Of a stretch of DNA of 64,000 nucleotides, positions 16,894-25,289 are shown one piece after another (the first letter of the stretch is position 1; every line of letters begins with the position of its first letter). The notes below the pieces were generated by a model, which did no database searches, had not been told where the DNA came from, and saw only the letters and a program-made list of their open reading frames with translations. The stretch is from Pseudomonadota bacterium. GTDB lineage: Bacteria > Pseudomonadota > Gammaproteobacteria > Burkholderiales > REEB80. The DNA lies in NCBI GenBank assembly GCA_018971485.1, contig JAGXAQ010000005.1, forward strand, positions 14,882-78,881. Direction: 5' to 3'. The position numbers were made by a program, and so were the translations under genes.

Positions 16894-18018
16894 ATGGAAC
16901 AGATAGAGCCGGTTATAACCGGAAGCCGGGTTGAGTTGCAGTTGCTTACCACCTTGAAATGTAATTTACGATGCAGTTATTGTGCCTTGGGAACAGGCAA
17001 CGTCCTGAATTCACAAAAACAGGTCACTTATTCAGTAGAACACCTGAAAAATTTTATTGAGACCCATTTGTCTGACCATGAAGTGTACATCTCACTTTAT
17101 GGAGGTGAGCCGACGCTTAACACAGGCTTTATTCTGGAATTGATGGAGACGCTCCCTTTTTCCCGCTTTAACCTTCAAACCAATGGCACCTTGCTGGATA
17201 GGTTGCCTGAGTCTATCTTGGACCGTTTATCCAACGTCATGGTTTCGCTGGATGGAGGAAGGGGTACTACGGATGGATATCGTGGTCGTGGTGTCTATGA
17301 GAAGGTGTTTCACAATATGGGCATCATCCGGCCCAAATTATCAGGAACCTTGACGGCCCGGGTAACCTGGTGGAGCGGGGATACCTGTTTTGAGGAACTG
17401 GATGAACTGGTCAGGCAATTTGATTACCTTTATTTCCAGTTTGCCCAGGATGCGGGTGCGTATGCACCGGAGTCGGTTGTCAAGAAAAAGGCCGTGCTGG
17501 CACAGTTGATCCGGCAATTTTTTAAGAACGGGACGTTTTACCCGGTAGTACCGATAATGGGAATAGTCAGGAATCTGGTTTTACCAGGCAGGGGGAATGA
17601 GTTGACTTCCGGATTGAGCCAATGCCGGGTTTCTACCAATCTTCTTAATGTGATGCCCGATGGCAAGATTTATCCTTGTCCCGATATGATGTATAGACCT
17701 GAACTGCTGCAAGGGGACATTGTGGAAAACTGGGTTCAAAAAAGTGTACTGCAACCTCATCCTGATATGCCCTGTGATAGCTGCTCAGCTCTTGATTTTT
17801 GCAAGCGTAACTGCATGAAGAACCTGTATCTGGCTTATGTGGTTCATGATGAGGAGTGGAAAAGGAATGTGACTGAGCCGACTTGTGATCTTATTCGATT
17901 CATGGGTGAGGAGGTGGCAAGGTACCAGCCCCATGCATGGTATGCCAATGCCCCCCTTTCTTTCAGGAATAAGGTGGCTAATGCTGAAGTATACGAATTC
18001 TGTGAGGTGATGCCCTGA
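16894..18018 (+). CDS. radical SAM enzyme with C-terminal SPASM domain (anSME / peptide-maturase-like), substrate unknown
   Basis: CNLRCSYC (CX3CX2C), GGEPTLN, NLQTNGTLL, and SPASM motifs GKIYPCPD and CDSCSALDFCKRNC (CX2CX5CX3C). Start placed at ATG 16894. The ORF is open from GTG 16834. Confidence 0.85.
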   Translation: MEQIEPVITGSRVELQLLTTLKCNLRCSYCALGTGNVLNSQKQVTYSVEHLKNFIETHLSDHEVYISLYGGEPTLNTGFILELMETLPFSRFNLQTNGTLLDRLPESILDRLSNVMVSLDGGRGTTDGYRGRGVYEKVFHNMGIIRPKLSGTLTARVTWWSGDTCFEELDELVRQFDYLYFQFAQDAGAYAPESVVKKKAVLAQLIRQFFKNGTFYPVVPIMGIVRNLVLPGRGNELTSGLSQCRVSTNLLNVMPDGKIYPCPDMMYRPELLQGDIVENWVQKSVLQPHPDMPCDSCSALDFCKRNCMKNLYLAYVVHDEEWKRNVTEPTCDLIRFMGEEVARYQPHAWYANAPLSFRNKVANAEVYEFCEVMP

Positions 18019-18061
18019 ATATAAGGCGTGGCAGGGTGTTCTGGTAAGACCGGACGGGGTG

Positions 18062-18757
18062 TCAGCGATAGGTGAATTTTGGAAAAAGATCCTGGATCAT
18101 CAGAAGGAGGGCTTCACTGGGGTAGTGTTTTTCGGTGTATAAGTTGAATGGAGCAGCCATTTCCGGGCGGGGATGGAAGCTCTGGATGACATAATGTTGT
18201 ACTCCCATGCTGGATAGGGTTCTGGCAATGGAGAGCAAATCATCTTCCGTCAGGAGTTGGGGATGAAAAGTGGTCCTGGCTTCAAAATCGATACCTTGAC
18301 TGAGCACCAGATCAAGGCTGGTTTGGGCCTGTTTGCTGCTGTGCCTGACTTTTGTGAGCTGATCATAGCGGCTGCCTTCAAAAGGAGCCTTGATATCCAG
18401 GCCTATCCAGTCTAGCTTGTCCAGGACAGCCTTGAGGCGTTGAGGATAGATTCCGGCGGTGTGTAATCCTACCAGAAAATCCTGCTCCCTGATCCATTGG
18501 ATGGCTTCAGGTAAATAGCGTTCAGCCGTGGGCTCTCCTCCACTTAATACGACAGCATCTAAAAATTTTTTCCGGGCAGACAGGAGCTTGATGACCTGTT
18601 CCCATTCCAGGGAGGGTTTGGTTCGTGTTTGCAGGTGGGGGTTATGGCAATAGCCACAGCGCCAGGGGCAACCCTGTAAAAACAGCACGGCTGCCAATTG
18701 CCCAGGATAGTCGATGGTACTGAAAGGAACCAGACCACCGACTTGGGGGGTGCCCAC
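18062..18757 (-). CDS. nrdG: anaerobic ribonucleotide reductase activating protein (radical SAM, NrdG2 type)
   Basis: 231 aa. FSTIDYPGQLAAVLFLQGCPWRCGYCHNP cluster motif and SGGEPT. Starts 4 nt after the stop of the glycyl-radical ORF. Confidence 0.85.
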   Translation of the reverse strand: MGTPQVGGLVPFSTIDYPGQLAAVLFLQGCPWRCGYCHNPHLQTRTKPSLEWEQVIKLLSARKKFLDAVVLSGGEPTAERYLPEAIQWIREQDFLVGLHTAGIYPQRLKAVLDKLDWIGLDIKAPFEGSRYDQLTKVRHSSKQAQTSLDLVLSQGIDFEARTTFHPQLLTEDDLLSIARTLSSMGVQHYVIQSFHPRPEMAAPFNLYTEKHYPSEALLLMIQDLFPKFTYR

Positions 18758-18761
18758 CTGT

Positions 18762-18947
18762 TTAACCCTGGCTTACCTGTTCAATAAAAAACTTCCTTTC
18801 AGTAAATTCGCCTTTTTTACCGATGTTGAAAGAAGAAACCGGACGGTGATAACCCATGACACGGGTCCAGATTTCACAGGGCTGCCGTTCTTCATTTGTC
18901 AGCAGGGTTAAACCGCCCGGATTGGATTCATTTGCAGGAAGAATCAT
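18762..18947 (-). CDS. stand-alone glycyl-radical domain matching the NrdD C-terminus
   Basis: 61 aa from ATG 18947, preceded by AAGGAGatacaag. CEIWTRVMGYHRPVSSFNIGKKGEFTERKFF matches the RVxGY...N.GK..E...R glycyl-radical signature of class III RNRs. The Gly codon is at 18852-18854. Confidence 0.8.
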   Translation of the reverse strand: MILPANESNPGGLTLLTNEERQPCEIWTRVMGYHRPVSSFNIGKKGEFTERKFFIEQVSQG

Positions 18948-19020
18948 CTTGTATCTCCTTAAGTCAGGTTCAGATAGGGATCTGCCCTGTTTTATGGCCA
19001 GGGCTCTGGTTCGCATAGAA

Positions 19021-19067
19021 TTACTATATGTTGTAATGCAATGCTAAAATAACACTATATATGGCTA
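19021..19067. promoter_or_regulatory. tandem NrdR-box-like sites upstream of the glycyl-radical ORF / nrdG
   Basis: TTACTATATGTTGTAA (19021-19036, 11/16) and ACACTATATATGGCTA (19052-19067, 12/16). Centres are 31 bp apart, the same spacing as at nrdD. Confidence 0.5.
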
Positions 19068-19113
19068 TATAAAAGCTGGTTTAGGGTGATGGGGGTAAAA
19101 AGTGAATGATTGA

Positions 19114-19127
19114 GTGATCCAGATCAG
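19114..19127. promoter_or_regulatory. FNR/CRP-family box upstream of the glycyl-radical ORF / nrdG operon
   Basis: GTGATccagATCAG. No convincing -10 hexamer at class-II distance. Confidence 0.4.
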
Positions 19128-19181
19128 GTTTTGGGTCATAGGATTGGGTCATGAGGGCAAACAAGTGAAACGCCCGGGTTC

Positions 19182-19799
19182 CTAGATGACGTAGCGGAAA
19201 ATGGAATAATACTGCGACGCACTTGCGAGCAGGACACATATGTGCCAATACCCATGGGCATGACGTATTTTTCCTTCAAGGGCATAAAAAGGTAGCCCCA
19301 GGGTATACAGCAGCCCCCCCGTGATGAGCCAGGCCAATCCGGCAGGAGGGAGCGCCCTGATGAGGGGATGAAAGGCGATAATGACCAGCCAGCCCATGAG
19401 TATATAGAGAATATATGACATGGCACGGCTGGAACGACCGGGCAGGCATTCTTGAATTATGCCAAGGCATGCCAACCCCCAGATGGTTCCGAAAAGCGCC
19501 CATCCCCATCCGCCTTTCAAAGAAACGAGAACGTAAGGTGTGTAGGTTCCGGCAATCAGCAAATAGATGCAGATATGGTCGAGTTTCTGGAAAGTCTTTT
19601 TGATTGGGCCTGTCGCACTGTGATAAAGGGTTGAGCTGGCATAAAGCAGAATGAGCATGGCGCCATACACTGAGCTGCTGGTGATGGCTGCAGCCCCCTT
19701 TTCGAGCGCGGAGAACGTAATGAGCATGGCTGTTCCGGCTGTGGCCAGTATCAGTCCGATTAAATGGCTATAGCTGTTGAACCGTTCTGAGTGGTGCAT
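19182..19799 (-). CDS. hemolysin III / PAQR-family membrane protein
   Basis: 205 aa with 7 hydrophobic segments. SYSHLIG, YHS...LDHICIYLLIAGTYTP and HAHGYWH motifs. Confidence 0.85.
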   Translation of the reverse strand: MHHSERFNSYSHLIGLILATAGTAMLITFSALEKGAAAITSSSVYGAMLILLYASSTLYHSATGPIKKTFQKLDHICIYLLIAGTYTPYVLVSLKGGWGWALFGTIWGLACLGIIQECLPGRSSRAMSYILYILMGWLVIIAFHPLIRALPPAGLAWLITGGLLYTLGLPFYALEGKIRHAHGYWHICVLLASASQYYSIFRYVI

Positions 19800-19924
19800 A
19801 TTTTCTTCTCCGGTTGATGGGACATTTCTGTGGGCGGGAAAAGGGGATCCGGAATGGTTTTTGGCCTGGACGATATGATGGGGGAGGAATCGGTGCTTTC
19901 ATGGAAGGGGTAGGATGCCGGCAT

Positions 19925-21187
19925 TTAATGAGGGGGAACAAACCTGAAGTCAGGTTCCGGGCTCTTGTTGTTGACAAGATCGGCAATCGCCTGTCCTGAT
20001 CCACAAGCCATGGTCCATCCGAGTGTTCCGTGACCGGAATTGTTAAAGAGGTTTGAATAGCGTGTATGACCAAGGTGTGCAGGGTTGTTGCCAGGTTCGG
20101 TCGGGCGTAACCCTTTCCAGAACCGGGCTTGTTCATAATATCCCCCGTTGGGGAACATGGTTTGGGCGTGGTTGATGAGTATCCTGTACCGTTTGGGATC
20201 CAAAGTGGTTTGATATCCGTTTAGTTCAACCAGGCCAGCGATACGCAGTATATTTGGATATCGGCTGAAAACCAGCCTGAATTCATCCTGAATCAAACTG
20301 GTGAGTGGAGGGGTATGATGCTTATCCACAGGTATGCTGGCAGAATATCCGGCAATTGGAATGATAGGCAGCTTGATGCCAAGTGGACGGAGCAGCAAGG
20401 GCGTATAGCTCCCCATGGCTGCAACATAGGCCTGTGCTTTTAAAGTCAGGGTTCTGGCTGGCGCGTTTTCGCTGCAGACAATGCCAGTGATCCGGTTGGC
20501 TTCAGTCAGTAGAGCTGATATGGATGTATTGTAATAGAAACGGACACCTTGTTCTGCACAGATCCGGGCCAGGCCTTGCGTAAATTTCTGCGCATCTCCG
20601 GATAAATCGGCAGGTGTATAGGTCCCCCCGATCAGATGCTTCTGGAAGTGGGCGAGAGCCGGCTCGATGGTGAGGCATTCAGCTGGTGTTTTGACCTGTC
20701 GGTTGACTCCAAGGTCTTGCATCAGTGAAGCCTGCCTGATAGCACGCCTGAATATGGCCTTTGACGAGTAGATATGCAATATGCCCCTTTCGACAAAATC
20801 TGCATTCAGGCCTGTTTCAAGCCTGAGCTCAGCGAGCTTGTCCCGGCTATAGCGGGCAAGATTGATGATTTGCCTTAGGTTGTATAAGGTTCGCGATGGC
20901 AGGCATTCATAGAAGAAGCGGGTCATCCATTTTATTCTGTGATCCAGCGCCAGGCGTACGAGTAAGGGAGAATCGTGCCGTAACAGCCAGGGTAGAAGCA
21001 AGGCAGGTGTGTAGGGCGTAGCCCAGGGCATGGCATGGCAGACACTGATTTGACCCCCATTCTGGCAGGATGTTTCAAGTGCGGCTTCGGGCTGTCTGTC
21101 GATAACTGTGACTTCATGGCCACTTTTATTCAGATACCATGCGGTCGTAACACCAATGACACCAGCTCCCATTACGATAATTTTCAT
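19925..21187 (-). CDS. dadA: D-amino acid dehydrogenase (FAD)
   Basis: MKIIVMGAGVIGVTTAWYL Rossmann start and a C-terminal GHGTLGWTMACGSG motif. Start placed at 21187. The ORF is open to 21211. Confidence 0.85.
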   Translation of the reverse strand: MKIIVMGAGVIGVTTAWYLNKSGHEVTVIDRQPEAALETSCQNGGQISVCHAMPWATPYTPALLLPWLLRHDSPLLVRLALDHRIKWMTRFFYECLPSRTLYNLRQIINLARYSRDKLAELRLETGLNADFVERGILHIYSSKAIFRRAIRQASLMQDLGVNRQVKTPAECLTIEPALAHFQKHLIGGTYTPADLSGDAQKFTQGLARICAEQGVRFYYNTSISALLTEANRITGIVCSENAPARTLTLKAQAYVAAMGSYTPLLLRPLGIKLPIIPIAGYSASIPVDKHHTPPLTSLIQDEFRLVFSRYPNILRIAGLVELNGYQTTLDPKRYRILINHAQTMFPNGGYYEQARFWKGLRPTEPGNNPAHLGHTRYSNLFNNSGHGTLGWTMACGSGQAIADLVNNKSPEPDFRFVPPH

Positions 21188-21384
21188 GGCGACATCATGT
21201 TTTTGAGCCATTTCTTTTAGACAGGCCCGGTACGCAAATTGGACTAGACTCCATTTTTCAAGCTTTCTACAGTAATAATGTGATATGAAAACAGGCCAGG
21301 GCCCGAATCCATCCAGGTTGAAAGAACCCGGAACAGACAGCAGCCCGCATAATGTAATTCTGGCTAAAGATGGGAACTGGTTGT

Positions 21385-21398
21385 TTGATCCATATCAC
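21385..21398. promoter_or_regulatory. FNR-consensus-like box between dadA and tRNA-Arg
   Basis: TTGATccatATCAC (9/10 of TTGAT-N4-ATCAA). The target gene is unclear. Confidence 0.25.
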
Positions 21399-21492
21399 CC
21401 AATCAGGATTTGACAAGGCCTGGGACCACCCAGCCCATGAAAATTAAAAGGGCCTGATTGCAAGACAAGGGAAGGAAACAAGGATAGGCTTA

Positions 21493-21569
21493 TGGTGCCC
21501 CGGACACGAATCGAACGTGCGACCTACGCCTTAGGAGTGCGCTGCTCTATCCTACTGAGCTACCGGGGC
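21493..21569 (-). tRNA. tRNA-Arg (anticodon CCU)
   Basis: 77-nt cloverleaf on the minus strand: GCCCCGG acceptor, GCTC/GAGC D-stem, anticodon loop CUCCUAA, TTCGATT T-loop, encoded CCA. There is an A31-G39 mismatch. Confidence 0.9.
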
Positions 21570-21618
21570 AACTATGCCTATTTTAGCTTATAATCAGGTT
21601 TCACAAAACAAGGAAGGT

Positions 21619-22836
21619 ATGTTGCCCGTGACATCCAGGCCAGTATTAACCCGAACGGTATTGATTTTAGGCCTGGTCAGCCTATTCAATGACTTTGCTT
21701 CTGACATGATTGTACCGCTGATACCTCTTTTGCTCGCCAGTGTTTTAGGGGCAGGGGCCATGGCTCTTGGTGCAGTTGATGGGGTTGCTGAAGCCCTATC
21801 CAGTTTCCTGAAGCTATGGTCGGGGCGGGCATCTGATCGGGGGCAGAACCGGCCCAAGCAGTTTGCTTTTGCCGGATATCTGCTGTCTAATCTGGTGCGG
21901 CCCCTTCTGGGCCTTGCCGGGAGTTGGCCAGTAGTACTGGTCTTGCGTTCACTTGACAGGGTAGGAAAAGGTTTGCGTAGTGCGCCACGGGATGCCATGT
22001 TGAGTGCTGCCGCACCCGAAGGATCCCGGGGGTTCTCCTTTGGGTTTCACCGGGCAATGGATAATATTGGCGCCGTGGCAGGAAGTCTGGTTGTTGCCCT
22101 TATATTTGCATTCTATCATTCTGACATTAAAGAGGTATTTTATTTGTCAGCCCTTCCAGGGGGGATTGCTGTACTATTGCTGCTATGGGGTGTGCGAACA
22201 GCTAAAACTCCTGGTGCTGCTGATCGGACTCCAGTAAAAGCCCTGTCCTGGAGCGATTTGCCAAATCCCTTGCAACAGTATCTGGTTGCGCTGGTATTTT
22301 TTGTCTTTGCACGGGCAAGCGAGATGTTTCTTGTGCTGCGTGGATATGAGCTTGGCATGTCACCTGTCAGCTTGATGCTGATGTGGTCCATGCTGAACCT
22401 GGGTAAATCGCTGACCAGTACCTGGGGCGGGAAGCTTTCAGACAGGCTGGGACGGAATAAGCTGGTACTCTTCTCCTGGGTGTCCTTTTCATTCAGTTTC
22501 TATCTTTTTTCCTGGGTTCAGCATCCCTTGGGCTTATGGATAACGACAGGCTGGTTTGGATTGACAACAGGGTTGGGTGAGGGTGCGGAGCGGGCGGTTA
22601 TTGCCGATTATGCTCCCAGGGAAAACCTGGGAGGGGCTTATGGCTGGTATTATCTGGTTGTGGGGCTTGCTTCTGTTCCAGCCGGCCTGGCTTTTGGTAC
22701 GATTTGGCAGTTGTGGGGTGCTTCTGCAGCTTTTTTTGTTGCTGCAACCTTTGCTCTTTTGGCTTGTGCCTGGATAAAATGGAAAGTCATGGCACTTTCT
22801 GGTCTGTCGGTTCGGGATGAGGGAGGGCTGATGTAA
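21619..22836 (+). CDS. MFS transporter
   Basis: 405 aa from ATG 21619 (AGGAAGG Shine-Dalgarno). About 12 hydrophobic segments. The ORF extension to 21574 abuts the tRNA and is unlikely. Confidence 0.8.
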   Translation: MLPVTSRPVLTRTVLILGLVSLFNDFASDMIVPLIPLLLASVLGAGAMALGAVDGVAEALSSFLKLWSGRASDRGQNRPKQFAFAGYLLSNLVRPLLGLAGSWPVVLVLRSLDRVGKGLRSAPRDAMLSAAAPEGSRGFSFGFHRAMDNIGAVAGSLVVALIFAFYHSDIKEVFYLSALPGGIAVLLLLWGVRTAKTPGAADRTPVKALSWSDLPNPLQQYLVALVFFVFARASEMFLVLRGYELGMSPVSLMLMWSMLNLGKSLTSTWGGKLSDRLGRNKLVLFSWVSFSFSFYLFSWVQHPLGLWITTGWFGLTTGLGEGAERAVIADYAPRENLGGAYGWYYLVVGLASVPAGLAFGTIWQLWGASAAFFVAATFALLACAWIKWKVMALSGLSVRDEGGLM

Positions 22837-23373
22837 ATGCTTAATATGATTCTGCTGGTTTTCTTATTGGTTGTCCTGTTGGTTCTGTTCCAGGTCAGAC
22901 GTCCTTCCAGTGCACCAAGGGTTGGGGATCTGGCGCCGGATTTTTCATTAAATGATTCAGAGGGCAAGACACATCACCTGTCTGATTTTCTGGGTCGATG
23001 GGTGGTGCTGTATTTTTATCCGAAGGATGATACTCCGATTTGCACGGCTGAAGCCTGTAGTTTTCGCGACAATATGGCACAACTGGCAGCCAAGGGGGTC
23101 AGTGTCATTGGTATCAGCCTTGATTCCCTGGAATCACATGCAAGGTTTGCTGCCCGTTATGGCCTGCCTTTTCTGCTCTTGTCAGATAATAAGGCAAAAG
23201 TGGCCCGCCTTTATGGAACATTGATTCATTTGGTTCTGTGCCGTTTTTCGCGCCGGGATACCTTTATTATTGATCCGCAGGGCCGGATTGCCCGGATTTT
23301 TCATGCTGTTAATCCTGCCACACAGATTCCTTTGCTTCTGGACAGTCTTGCCGAGCTTGGAGCCCATAGCTGA
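22837..23373 (+). CDS. bcp: thioredoxin-dependent peroxiredoxin Bcp with N-terminal hydrophobic anchor
   Basis: VVLYFYPKDDTPICTAEACSFRD active-site motif. N-terminus MLNMILLVFLLVVLLVLF. Start directly abuts the MFS stop codon. Confidence 0.85.
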   Translation: MLNMILLVFLLVVLLVLFQVRRPSSAPRVGDLAPDFSLNDSEGKTHHLSDFLGRWVVLYFYPKDDTPICTAEACSFRDNMAQLAAKGVSVIGISLDSLESHARFAARYGLPFLLLSDNKAKVARLYGTLIHLVLCRFSRRDTFIIDPQGRIARIFHAVNPATQIPLLLDSLAELGAHS

Positions 23374-25289
23374 TGCCTGTTGCCATTTTAGAAAAGGCCA
23401 GCCTCGCTTTTGGTCATCACCCTTTACTGGATAAGGCAGGACTGGTATTGGAAGAAGGGGAGAGGGTTGGTCTCATTGGTCGAAATGGTTCAGGTAAATC
23501 CAGCCTGATTAAGGTTATCTCGGGTAGGCAGGTTCTGGATGATGGTACGTGCTGGGTTGCGCCGGATACACGTATTGCGCTTGTTGACCAGGAACCGGAG
23601 TTTCTTTCGCACCAGTCTGTTTTTGAGGCGGTAGCAGAAGGACTTGGAACACTTCGTTCCTCGCTGCTGGAATATCATGATATTACCCATGCCCTGGCTT
23701 TGCCTGATGTCGATTCGGCAGGACTTCTGGAGCGGCTGAATGTGTTGCAGCATACACTTGAGGTGAATGGGGGGTGGAGCCTGCATGCCCGTGTAGAAGC
23801 CATTCTTGAACAGCTTGAACTGGATTCTGTCCGACGTATTGAAACCCTTTCTGGTGGATGGAAAAAGCGGGTAGCCCTGGCCCGGGCTCTGGTTGCACAG
23901 CCTAACCTGCTTATGCTGGATGAGCCAACCAATCATCTGGATATTGATTCAATTGAGTGGCTGGAAGATTTGTTGCTCCATTTTCGGGGGGCAGTACTGC
24001 TGGTGACCCATGACAGGCGGTTTCTGGATGCTGTGTCGACGCGGATAGTTGAGCTTGATCGGGGTGAACTGGTCTCTTTTGCAGGTAATTTCAGCTACTA
24101 TCGCCAGCGTAAGGATGAGCTGCTTGAAATCGAGTCTGTCCAGCAATCGAAATTTGATCATTTTCTGGCAGAGGAAGAGGCCTGGATCCGTCAGGGTATC
24201 AAGGCACGGCGAACCCGGAATGAAGGTCGGGTCAGGCGATTAGAAGCCTTAAGACGGGAGCGTGCCTTAAGACGGGAGCGGGTGGGTACGGTTCAGTTTT
24301 CAGTTGAGGCGGCTCCCCTTTCGGGTAAGCTGGTGGCAGAGATGAGTCATGTCAGTTTTTCCTATGATGACCGGCAGGTAGTCTCTGATATGTCCTGCAG
24401 GATTATGCGTGGTGATAAGATTGGACTGATTGGCCCGAATGGTATTGGTAAAACATCGCTCATCCGGTTGATACTTGGGGAACTGATTCCCCAGTCCGGC
24501 GAGCTCAGACGTGGAACCAGCCTGGATATAGCCTATTTTGATCAGCTTAGGGAAGACCTTGATCCAGACGCTACGCTTGTTGATACCATTAGCCAGGGCT
24601 CAGAATTTATTGAGATTAACGGGGAACGAAAGCATGTGATTAGCTATCTTTCCGATTTTCTGTTTTCTCCAGCCCGGGCTCGATCCCCTGTGAAGTCGTT
24701 ATCTGGAGGGGAGCGCAGCCGGCTTCTCCTTGCCCGGCTTTTTTCCCGCCCATTTAACCTGCTTGTGCTGGATGAACCAACCAACGATCTGGATATTGAA
24801 ACTCTCGAACTGCTTGAGGAATTACTGTTAAATTATTCGGGAACCTTGTTTCTGGTGAGCCATGATCGGGCATTTCTGGATGCGGTCGTGACACAAACCT
24901 TTGTTGCAGAGGGTGCAGGAAAATGGAAAGAATACGCTGGAGGCTATGAGGATTATTTGCGGGCAAGGAATACCAGGAATGAAAGCCCCCCCAGGTCATC
25001 TCCTGTCCCTTCAGCCCGGTTGACGAAAACTACCCCCAAAAAGGGATCTACCCCAGTTTCAGGCCTGTCCTGGAAAGAGCAGAAAGAGTTGGCGGATTTA
25101 CCTGATAGAATTGATCAGCTGGAAAAAGAGCAAGAAAATCTTTCTGTTGAGCTGGCTCAAGGTGATGCCTGGATCAAGGGTAAGCCGGAGCAGCTTGATA
25201 AGCTCAATAATCGTCTGGGAGAAATTGAGAACGAGCTGATTGCCTTAATGAATCGCTGGGAATATCTCGAAGCCAGGGCGCGGGCTTAA
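23373..25289 (+). CDS. uup: ABC-F family ATPase (Uup-like)
   Basis: 638 aa. Two Walker A motifs ([16 protein letters not shown]), two LSGG signatures, no TM segments, and a C-terminal coiled-coil tail. Confidence 0.8.
   Translation: MPVAILEKASLAFGHHPLLDKAGLVLEEGERVGLIGRNGSGKSSLIKVISGRQVLDDGTCWVAPDTRIALVDQEPEFLSHQSVFEAVAEGLGTLRSSLLEYHDITHALALPDVDSAGLLERLNVLQHTLEVNGGWSLHARVEAILEQLELDSVRRIETLSGGWKKRVALARALVAQPNLLMLDEPTNHLDIDSIEWLEDLLLHFRGAVLLVTHDRRFLDAVSTRIVELDRGELVSFAGNFSYYRQRKDELLEIESVQQSKFDHFLAEEEAWIRQGIKARRTRNEGRVRRLEALRRERALRRERVGTVQFSVEAAPLSGKLVAEMSHVSFSYDDRQVVSDMSCRIMRGDKIGLIGPNGIGKTSLIRLILGELIPQSGELRRGTSLDIAYFDQLREDLDPDATLVDTISQGSEFIEINGERKHVISYLSDFLFSPARARSPVKSLSGGERSRLLLARLFSRPFNLLVLDEPTNDLDIETLELLEELLLNYSGTLFLVSHDRAFLDAVVTQTFVAEGAGKWKEYAGGYEDYLRARNTRNESPPRSSPVPSARLTKTTPKKGSTPVSGLSWKEQKELADLPDRIDQLEKEQENLSVELAQGDAWIKGKPEQLDKLNNRLGEIENELIALMNRWEYLEARARA

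Noticed and set aside
19768-20136. A 122-aa ORF spanning the hlyIII-dadA gap.
   Set aside because: It overlaps the 3' end of dadA out of frame and has an Arg/Pro-rich composition, so it is treated as spurious.
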